DNA of 64,000 nucleotides from Methylococcales bacterium (GTDB taxonomy: Bacteria; Pseudomonadota; Gammaproteobacteria; JABHGC01): positions 17,883 through 81,882 of the forward strand of contig JABHGC010000237.1 of NCBI GenBank assembly GCA_018672285.1, read 5' to 3'. Positions 40,741-50,000 of the stretch are shown piece after piece. The position numbers and the translations under genes were made by a program. Each line of letters starts with the position of its first letter. Position 1 is the stretch's first letter. The notes under the pieces were generated by a model that was given only the letters and a program-made list of their open reading frames with translations, was not told the DNA's origin and did no database searches.

Positions 40741-41388
40741 CTAGCTGTGGCCGTTGGTGATGTACCAATGTTGGGCAAAATAATACGCCACGCTGAGCAC
40801 TACGCCAACAACAATGGCATTGGTGTATTGACGATCTTTTATCCAGTAGTCCATGCTCACATACTTACCTGCGCCATAGAAGAATAAGGCGAACAGCATC
40901 ACCAGATAGGTTACGCCCAGTTCAATACCATTTTGAAGCATGTAAGGGCCTGACGTGTCGATACTGTAGAGTTGGTTGTACCAAATGGGGGCGTTACTTT
41001 CTAACCAGGTCATGAACCGGCCAAGGAGTTGTGCCGACTCTGTCGTGTCGGGTGCAATGGCATGCCAATGACCCCAGTGTACGGTGAATATAGCGACAAA
41101 CATTGTCACGATCAGTGGGATTGCAATCCATCTAACCGCGAAGCCTACTAATAATAATATGGCACCAATGACTTCGGTTGCGGTTGCTAAATAGGCCATT
41201 AACTCCGGGAACGGCAAGCCTAAACCATTTTTAAACTAGGTGACGATATGAGGGAAGTTATCTACTTTTTTTAAACCGGCCATTAAGAAAACAGGTACCA
41301 AGTATATTCTAATCGCCAATGGGGCGATAAAATCAAGCGATTTGGTTTTGTCTAGTAGTCGTTGTGCGCCTTCAAGAAGTCTCATCAT
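40741..41388 (-). pseudogene. DoxX-family membrane protein with an in-frame TAG stop at 41236..41238
   Basis: The ORF 40741..41217 lacks the N-terminal helix. The upstream in-frame 50 codons starting at ATG 41388 encode 'MMRLLEGAQRLLDKTKSLDFIAPLAIRIYLVPVFLMAGLKKVDNFPHIVT', then TAG, then 'FKNGLGLPFPELMAYLATATEVIGAILLLVGF...'. Together these make a complete DoxX fold. The gene is therefore interrupted, or mis-sequenced, or read through. Confidence 0.7.
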
Positions 41389-41492
41389 AAGTCAGTTCCA
41401 CCCTTTCTTAGTTGACTGGTAGGTTTAAATTTGAGTTTTAATCAGCAATATGGCTTTTTTAAGCCCGATATCACTGTCGTTTTACTATGACG

Positions 41493-42332
41493 TTATTTAC
41501 TGTGCTGAGTTCCCAAAACAATGCCTTCGTTTTGCAGTTGTTGCAGAATTTCTAAGCCACCAGCGATAACGGCATCGGGGTTTGGGTGCTGCATTTCTTC
41601 AGCAATTTGGGATAGGGCTGCATGTCCTGTTAACTCAGGGTTATCTTGGAGAATGGCTAAAAGCCGATCAGAAATGGGGTTTACTTCCATAAAGCCCACG
41701 GTTTGATCGTCATTTTGCCTGCGAAAAATGACAATGCAGGTCACTTGATCACCCGGGGTGTCCGGTAAAAAATCTTCACTAATATGATGAACCGGAAAAT
41801 GGTAAGCCAGTCTTTTTAGTAGCGGGTTAAGTGCAATTTGGCTCGCGAGTAAATCACCTTCAGTGTCAACAGAGTCTAGGGTAATTTCTTCTTCTGAGAG
41901 GTAAATCTCCATTTCGACCCATTCATAATGTGCAAGCTCTACGAGAAAAGGCGGGTCGTTTGGGTTGTCGCGGCCTTCTTGTAAGTAGCGCACAAACTCT
42001 TGACCAAAAACAGGGAATATAGGGGTGTGGCAACGGAAATTGCTGACAAAGTCCCGAACCATTGCATGCCACTCCTCAGCGGAGGTGATGTCATGGATGA
42101 CGGGGAAATTGTGAGCTAATAAATCCTCGATATTGTTATATACCACGCGCTGGTAAGCATTCATTCTGCGGGCTTCAATCCCCTCAGGGAGTGGCTTGTT
42201 TGCAGGGTCACGAATACAGTCGGTAAACTCAAACTGCTTTTGCATGAAAAGGGGGAGATCAGCTCGCGATGGCAGTGTGTTGTTCATCCTTGCTCCATTT
42301 TTTTTGTAATTTGGCAATATGGTTGACTTCAC
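41493..42332 (-). CDS. DUF2063-family protein (MbnC/BufC/HvfC-like partner of MNIO enzymes)
   Basis: 279-aa ORF with the DUF2063 N-terminal pattern ('FTDCIRDP...RMNAYQRVVYNNIEDLLAHNFPV...FVRYL'). The true start is probably the internal Met 'MNNTLPS', giving a 29-nt overlap with the upstream DUF692 gene. Confidence 0.8.
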   Translation of the reverse strand: MKSTILPNYKKNGARMNNTLPSRADLPLFMQKQFEFTDCIRDPANKPLPEGIEARRMNAYQRVVYNNIEDLLAHNFPVIHDITSAEEWHAMVRDFVSNFRCHTPIFPVFGQEFVRYLQEGRDNPNDPPFLVELAHYEWVEMEIYLSEEEITLDSVDTEGDLLASQIALNPLLKRLAYHFPVHHISEDFLPDTPGDQVTCIVIFRRQNDDQTVGFMEVNPISDRLLAILQDNPELTGHAALSQIAEEMQHPNPDAVIAGGLEILQQLQNEGIVLGTQHSK

Positions 42333-43110
42333 CTAAAAGCTCGTCCATTTCAGGGATGTCGTTATCTCGCTCTACCATGGTCGGCACAACGCCATATAGC
42401 TCGTATGTTTTTTCAAGTAATGCCCAAACACTGGGGAGTACTGCCGCGCCATGGGTATCAATCAGCAGGTCTTCTGCTTCTTTATAGTGGCCTGCAACGT
42501 GAATGTAACTGACGCGGTCGCCTGGCATGGCATTGATGAACTCGATGGCATCGTAACTATGGTTTTTGCTGTTCACATACACGTTATTAACGTCCAGCAG
42601 CATTTTGCAATCGGCTTCGCTGACAACGGCGTTAATAAATTCAATTTCAGACATTTCGCTATAAGGTTGTGCGTAATAGGAGGCATTTTCTATGGAAATG
42701 GTCATCTCCATCATATCTTGAACTTGGCGAATTCGGCTGGCAACGTGCTTGACAGATTCTTCAGTAAAAGGGATTGGCAGTAGGTCGTATAAATGACCGT
42801 CATCACTGCAAAAAGACAAATGCTCTGAGTAATGTAAAATATTGTGCTCATGAAAAAGTTTTTTGATCTCTTTAACAAGCAGGCTATCTATTGGTGTTGG
42901 TCCACCAAGTGATAGTGATAAGCCGTGAGCTATAAAAGGGTAACGCTCCGTAAAGTATCTAAAGTCTTTTCCTCGCTTGCCGCCAACGCCGATCCAGTTT
43001 TCAGGGGCGATTTCAAAAAAATCAATTTGGCTAGGAGGGGTTTCTTTAAAAGGGTCAATGAACTCTCGTTTAAAGCCGAGTCCTGCGCCACTTACGGGAA
43101 GTGAAGTCAT
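42259..43110 (-). CDS. DUF692/UPF0276 TIM-barrel protein, i.e. MNIO (multinuclear non-heme iron oxidative) enzyme, MbnB/BufB/HvfB-like
   Basis: 283 aa: 'GLGFKREFIDP...FFEIAPENW...YPFIAHGLSLSLGG...YSEHLSFC...DLLPIPFTEESVKHVASRIRQVQDMMEMTISIENASYY' matches the DUF692 core. Confidence 0.85.
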   Translation of the reverse strand: MTSLPVSGAGLGFKREFIDPFKETPPSQIDFFEIAPENWIGVGGKRGKDFRYFTERYPFIAHGLSLSLGGPTPIDSLLVKEIKKLFHEHNILHYSEHLSFCSDDGHLYDLLPIPFTEESVKHVASRIRQVQDMMEMTISIENASYYAQPYSEMSEIEFINAVVSEADCKMLLDVNNVYVNSKNHSYDAIEFINAMPGDRVSYIHVAGHYKEAEDLLIDTHGAAVLPSVWALLEKTYELYGVVPTMVERDNDIPEMDELLGEVNHIAKLQKKWSKDEQHTAIAS

Positions 43111-43135
43111 GTCGCTATGCCTTTTTGTTAGGTAT

Positions 43136-43163
43136 AAAAAAAGCGCGATGCGAGTAATCGCAC
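43136..43163 (-). terminator. intrinsic terminator/attenuator between the precursor gene and the MNIO gene
   Basis: On the minus-strand RNA: gugcgau-uacucgc-aucgcgc (7-bp stem, one G-U) followed by U7 (plus-strand A7 at 43136-43142). It lies 27 nt after the precursor stop and 26 nt before the DUF692 start. Confidence 0.55.
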
Positions 43164-43189
43164 CACGCTTATCGGTAGTCTAGCGCTAA

Positions 43190-43621
43190 TTATTTTTTAG
43201 AGCCACAAGAACCTGCACCGCAAGAACCTGTTTTACCTTTGTCGCCACAAGAGCCCGCTTTGCCTTTGTCGCCACAAGAACCGGCTTTAGCTTTGTCGCC
43301 ACAAGATGCCGCTTTTCCTTTGTCTCCACAAGAGCCCGCTTTCGCTTTGTCACCACAAGATGCAGCTTTGCCTTTATCGCCACAAGAGCCCGCTTTTGCT
43401 TTATCACCACAAGATGCTGCTTTTGCTTTGTCGCCACAAGATGCAGCTTTACCTTTGTCGCCGCAAGAACCTGCGCCGCAACTACCGTTACCAGCTACTT
43501 TGTAGCCATCTGCTAAAGGTGATACTGCAAATGGGTTGCTATCGGCAGAAACTGAAGTCATTGCTACTGATGATACGAATGCTGCGCCGATTGCTACTGA
43601 TAAAGTTTTTTTGTTAGACAT
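43190..43621 (-). CDS. Sec-secreted repetitive Cys/Lys/Gly-rich precursor peptide, 12 x 'SCG', 9-aa repeats SCGDK(G/A)KA(A/G); candidate RiPP (bufferin/HvfA-like) substrate
   Basis: 143 aa. Signal peptide 'MSNKKTLSVAIGAAFVSSVAMTSVSA', then 'DSNPFAVSPLADGYKVAGNG', then SCGAGSCGDKGKAASCGDKAKAASCGDKAKAGSCGDKGKAASCGDKAKAGSCGDKGKAASCGDKAKAGSCGDKGKAGSCGDKGKTGSCGAGSCGSKK. RBS GGAG upstream. First gene of the operon. Confidence 0.75.
   Translation of the reverse strand: MSNKKTLSVAIGAAFVSSVAMTSVSADSNPFAVSPLADGYKVAGNGSCGAGSCGDKGKAASCGDKAKAASCGDKAKAGSCGDKGKAASCGDKAKAGSCGDKGKAASCGDKAKAGSCGDKGKAGSCGDKGKTGSCGAGSCGSKK
43199..43480 (-). repeat. tandem 27-nt coding repeats, about 10 units, encoding the SCGDKxKAx motif
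   Basis: Visible as reiterated 'tcgccacaaga(g/t)cc(c/g)gctt(t/c)(t/g)cctttg' units. They generate three spurious overlapping ORFs on both strands (43186..43437, 43239..43505, 43306..43617). Confidence 0.85.
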
Positions 43622-44040
43622 AAATATGTTTGCTCCACATTATAAAAGGTTACTCATTTCTGAGTGGTTAATTAAATCGTCATGATTTGCAGTTATGACC
43701 AAGGCTTTTGTTGTAAAGTTCACTAAGCCTTAAAAATATTCCGTAGAAAATATAAAATAACTCGGTAGGTAATTGTTTTACCTGTATTATATTCTAAAGT
43801 CGAATCTTTCTCGTTCGCAGTAAGTATAGTGAACATTTGGTTTAAGTGAAGAGGCTTATGTTCTATTGCTAAATGCGAGCTTCTGCTTCACCGGTTTATT
43901 CATCTGGGCGGCTTTAGGTTGTTAAACATTTTAGGATATTACTGTCATATAAGTTTAATGCCCTACAATTTGTCATTAAAGTTTTAGCTCCCGATGCCGC
44001 CAGTAGGTACATAAAACAAAAAACGATTAAATCTCTCTGG

Positions 44041-47000
44041 GTGCAAACTGTGCGATCAAAAAAACTGAAACAGACGATAAAGTCCGTGCTTGGGGCGCGT
44101 TGGGTTATTCCTGTAACGCTCGTAACATTGCCTCAAGCTTCAAATGCTGAGCTAACGGGCGAGAGTATTATCTCTGGTAGTGCGATCTTCTCAAGGCCCG
44201 ATGCTAACACTACGATTATTACTCAATCCTCCGACAAGCTGATCATTAATTTCGACAGCTTTTCGATTGGCAGTAATGAAACGGTTCGTTTTATTCAACC
44301 CAGTGCTTCGTCCATTGCGCTTAACCGAGTGCTAGGTGGTAGTGCCAGTAACATTTTGGGTCAACTCTCAGCCAATGGCAGCATTTTTCTGGTGAACGCC
44401 GGTGGTATCTTCATTGCACCCACAGCGGCAATAGATGTCTCCAGTGTTATCGCCACAACTCTCGATATTGCCAACCAAGATTTTCTCAATAACACCTTTC
44501 AATTCTCCAAAGTCGCAGGATCCAGTTTCGGTAAAGTTATCAGCGAAGGTGAGATCAGTGTTGCCGATGGTGGTTATGTTGTACTCGCCGGGGACTATGT
44601 AGAGAACAGCGGTATTATCCAGGCCAAGCTAGGGGACGTAGCGCTAGCCTCAGGCAACCGAATTTCACTCGATTTAAGTGGTGATGGACTGATTCAATTT
44701 GCCGTTGACCAAGCGGCGGTAGATGCGTTAGCAGGCGTGAATAACGTCGGTCAAATCACAGCCAATGGCGGTAACGTCGTAATGACCGCCAAGGTGGCCA
44801 ATGACCTAGCTTCCACCGTGGTACAAAACAGCGGCATCATTAGTGCAGAAAGCATTGCTGAAGTGAATGGAGAAATTTTCCTCTCAGGCTCAGGCGGGGA
44901 CGTGATTAATGAAGGTCAATTGGTTGCCAGCAGTACAGAAACCCATGGTGGAACGGTCATTGTTCAATCGGACAGCACGACCTTAGTCGAAGGCAGTGGT
45001 TCAATTGATGTCAGCTCAGTGAATGGTACCGGTGGGCAAGTACAAGTTTTAGGCGAACGAGTTGGTTTATTCGACCAAGCCAATATATCAGCCTCAGGCG
45101 CATTAGGTGGTGGTGAAGTGTTGATCGGTGGCGACCAAGCCGGTCTTAATCCAGATATTCAGAATGCCAAGCGCACAGCGATTACCTCAGAGATCACAAT
45201 CACAGCGGATGCTATACAAAGCGGTAATGGCGGCAAAGTGATTGTGTGGGCGGATGAGAATACCCATTTTGAAGGTAATATCAGCGTTAAAGGTGGGCAA
45301 CAATCTGGTGATGGTGGCTTTGTAGAGGTCTCGGGTAAACAGAATTTATTCTTTGATGGCACTGTCAATACTTTTGCAACGAATGGTCAACAAGGGACGT
45401 TATTGTTGGATCCATTAGATATAACCATTGTAGATGGTGCGGGTGGTGCAAATGATGCAGAGCTTGCTGATGACAGTATTTTGTTTGCTGATGGTGGTGC
45501 CGTTACCTTTACCATTGCCGAGCAAACACTGGAAGCGGTTACGGGTAATGTCATTTTACAAGCTGATAATTCCATCACGGTGAATGACTTAACGGATAAT
45601 ACGTTAGATTTTATTGGTCTCACAAGTGGTAATACCATCGTTTTTCAAGCCGGTGGTAATATCTTTTTTGCTGGAGCCGATGATACGCTGGATACGAACA
45701 ATGCTGATCTTCACATTGAAGGTAGCTCGGTTCATGGTACAACAGGTACAGCAAATACATCACCTAGATCCGTTTTTTCGGGTACAGGTGATATGACCTT
45801 TTTAGGCTTTCAAATTTTTTCAGATGGTGGCACCTTTACAGGGAACAATATTAATTTTGGTGCGGGTACCACAGCCGGTGCGGCTGGAAACTTTGTAGGC
45901 GGTGTTGCTGCGTTAAGTGAGAATATCATTATTTCTGGCGCGACCACCATTAATGCCAGTGGTACCGTTAATTTTGACGTGAATAACAGTTTTCAGTTAT
46001 CTGCACCTCTGACGGTAATCGCTGTTGGTGATATCAATGTCAATGGCCTGATTGTTGATAGTGTAGGGGGCGGCGCAAGTTCACCTTTACTGATGGCATC
46101 AACGACAGGCAGTATTACGATTAGTGCTGACATGCAGTCATCTAATGGAAATGCATTTGCCTTAGATGCCGCCAATAATCTTACAGTACAATTTATTAAG
46201 TCAGGTGGTACTCCAGCGGCCTTTACATCTAATTTAGACGCGGGTGGTTTGCTGAATGTTAATGCGTTTAATGCCGTGGGTGGTAGCTTGGATGCGCTCA
46301 GTGGCGGATTATTAACCATTAATAGCGCTCTGGTGACGAATGGCGGTAATGTTAGTTTGAATTCTGGTGGTGGCATATTACTCAATACAGGTTTCGATAC
46401 GGGGGGTGGTTTTTTTACTGCAAACTCAACGAATAATAATATTACTTTTACAGCTGCAAACAGTGATACGGGGGGGGGCGGAACATTCAGCGCAACCGCG
46501 ACGGGTACTGGCTCGATTAGTATTCCTGCTGGTGCCAACATCAGCACCAATAACGGCAGTTTTTCAGCAGTCGCAAATATTGGTGATGTATCGATTAGTG
46601 GTTTGACCAATGCAGGCACCGGTAATATTACCGTTGCGACCACGACCGGGGATCTATTTTTACTGGGCGGATTAAGCACTTCTGGTGGTTTTATTGATAT
46701 CGATATTGTTAATAGTGGTGATATTACCGTGGGTAACACCAATACCACGGGTGGCGGTGTGTTTGACTCGCGGATTGCGAATACTGGCAATATTTTATTT
46801 CAGTCTGGTACAGGTATCGCCACCAGTGGCGGCAATATACTCGCGCTCCAGCTTGGCTCTGGTAATGTGACTAACGATGGTACACTAAATGCATTAGCGG
46901 GTGGCGTACAGCTTGCAACAACGGCAGGAACCGTGACTTCAAGCAGTACAGTTAATGCGGGGGATTTTACCGCAACAGCACAAACCTTAGTCGACTTGCA

Positions 47001-50000
47001 AGCGGGCTTCACATCTAACGGCACAACAACGATCATAACTGCATCTACTGGTAATGTGATTCTTGCGGGTGGTGTCACCTTCACCAATGCCGGGGGTAAT
47101 AACGTCACCATTAATGCTGTGACCGATATTGATATTAATGCCAGCTTTACCACCACAGGTAGCGGCCCTATTGATTTTACTGCAACAAACACGGGTGGAA
47201 CGGCTTCGGTCGAGACACTAACCCTTAGTACCGGCACATTGCTTAATACTAATGGAGGTTCGGTCAATTTATCTGAAACAGGCAGTGGCGATTTAAGAGT
47301 AACGGGTGTTGGTGTGAGTACAGTCGCAGGTGCGTTTACAGCATCAACAGTTGCAGGGCTGATAACCAATGACACCACGATTGAGACAAGTAATGGAGGC
47401 GGTGGTGGCCTACTAACATTGTCCTCGACGGGGGTTGGAGCAATCACCTCTACTGGTTTTTTACAGGGCGGTGGCATTGTGGTCTCAAATGCTGGGAATG
47501 TATTGATTTCGAATAATATCAGTCAGGCGAATGATATTAGTGTCAGTGGCAGTAATGTTGTTTTAAGTGGCTTTACGACCGATGGAAATGCCACCATTAG
47601 TGCAACAGATCAAGTTACTTTAAGCAATGCTTACCAGTTTAATAATGGTGCAGTGAAAACATTCGCCACAAACGCAACTAACACCGTGAGTTTTGCTGCA
47701 GGGGCTAATATTTTAGCAAGCGGTTCACCGTTAAATTTTTCAGTTAATAGTACAAATGGCGATGTGCAGCTAAATGGTACTAGCATTAACTTAGCAACAG
47801 GAACATTAAGTATCACCTCGGGTGCATTAGTTGATATTAACTCTGCCCTAAGTAATTTGGGTGGTTTGTCTGCTGTTGCCGCTTCAGATATTAGCTTGAA
47901 CAGTAATGTGACGACCAGTGCTGGTAATATCGATTTGACGGTGACAGGTGCTGCCAATATCAATGTGGGTACTTCGAGTATAGATACGGCAGGGGGTACA
48001 CTAACCCTATCATCTGCAGGGGGCTTGAATGTTAATTCCAGCCTATCGGTAACGAATGCAGGGTTAACGACGTTGCAACTGACAGGTAATACCGATGCCG
48101 ACAGCCTCGTGAATCTAGGTACAATTAATACCAATGCTGGTGATTTGCTGCTGAAAACAAATACGGGTAATCAATCAGTCACATTGGGTGCACTGAGTGG
48201 TAATAATCTGACTTTATTTTCAAATGTAATGACTTTTTCAGGTGGTGCAAACTCAATTAGTGGCACAGGGATATTAGATATTAAGCCACGTTTTACAGCA
48301 GCAAATGCAACCATTGATATCGGCACTGTTGCTGGCGGAACAGGCAAACTGGTGGTGGATACCGCGGCACTCGCTGATGGATTTAGTAGCATTACTATCG
48401 GTCTCTCGGACGGTGATACAGCTGTAAAGCTTGGTGATGCAACCTTTAATGACCCAACTTTGATACGTGCGCCACTGGGTGCTGGTAGTATTACGGTTAA
48501 CGGTACCATTACGCTGAATAATAATGGCAATGTTGATTTTCAAACGGTAGGCCCAACATTAATTTTGGGTGGCTCGCTCACCTCTGCTGGCACCGATATT
48601 ACCATAACGGATGATTTGCAGATCAATGCGCCATTTACCTTTAGTTCAGGGGTTGGTGCTGGGAATATCAGCTTAAGTACCATCGATACCGCAGGCACAC
48701 CTATAGCATTAACCTTTGAGGCCGGTACAGGGAATGTCGTTGTGGGTAATGTGGGTGCGAGTATTCAACCTGACTCCTTTACCGTGACCAGTGCGAATAC
48801 GGTGACAGCGCAACAAATTAATACATCGGGTGATGTTAATATCAATGCTTCAACGATTAATTTGCAAGGCGTAGTGATTGCGGCGGGCAACTTTACTGCT
48901 TCTGGCAATATCAATTTATCCTCCAGCGTCACTGCTGACCTAGGGATTACGCAATCAGCAGGATCATTAGCCGTGTCAGGTTCACTAACACTCACCTCAA
49001 ATGGTGCTGGTACGTCGGGTATATCTTTAAATGATATTGATGGCGCCGGGAGTTTGAATTTATTGTCACTCGGGCCTGCACAAGTCGGTATCGTTGGCGG
49101 AACAACACAATTGACGTCGTTTTTTACCGATGTTGCCGGCAGTATTACGACAGGTAGTATTTCAACTCAAGGAAGTGCCACATTAATAAGTGATGTGGAC
49201 ATTAATATCGCATCATCTATCACCTCTCAGGGTGGTAACGTCATCATTGAAAGCCTGGGGGGAGTGAACCAAAGTGCAGGAACGGTGCAGTCAGTCAATG
49301 GTGGCGTGAGGGTTGCAGGTTCTAATGTTTTGTTATCGGGTAACGTGATAGGTGGTAGCAATACCTTTAGTAACGCTTCAGGAATAGGTGCTATTTTAAT
49401 TGAAAGCACATCTGCACTGACGGTGAATAATCTGACAGCCAATGCGGCTGATAACTTGAATATTGTCCTGGATGCAACAGACATCACGATTAATGGTTTT
49501 GTGGCCAGTAATGGTGACACGATTTTGGTGGCGACGAATGATGTGAATGTGAACCAGTCGGTCAGAATTTCCGCAAATTCAAATAGCTCAGTTGAGGGCA
49601 GTGTGCTGATCCAGGCAGACAGCGATGCCAATGGCGTGGGCAGCCTTAACGCAATATCAGGCTCTGAAATTAAAGGGTTTGACATAACTATCTCGGCAGC
49701 TGAAGTGAATACGACAGGGTCAACAGTACTTGCGTTGTCAGGTTCCCCCACGATTACGTTGACTGCCGCTCCACAAGACCCAGCTGCGGACGCCGCTGCT
49801 GCTGCAGCGGAAGATGCTGCGACAGATGCCGTTGCGACCACAACAACGGATACAACCACAACAACAACGACAACAACCAGTACGGGTGGTGGCTTTGATA
49901 ATACCGCTAGTGCGCCAGCGCCTGATACAGCGGCAGAGACTGGGACGACTACAACAACGGATACCGCAACCGGAGATACAAGTACAGCGACGACATCTGA

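Noticed and set aside
43199-43480. Regular 27-nt direct repeats that could be mistaken for a CRISPR array
   Set aside because: Repeats are contiguous with no spacers, lie inside a CDS with signal peptide, and there are no cas genes. This is a coding tandem repeat.
43186-43617. Three extra ORFs (43186..43437 minus, 43239..43505 plus, 43306..43617 plus) overlapping the precursor gene, with repetitive 'LSPQEPA' and 'KSPLLLYHH' translations
   Set aside because: They are alternative-frame and opposite-strand readings of the same 27-nt tandem repeat. Only the frame with a signal peptide, RBS and operon context (43190..43621 minus) is credible.
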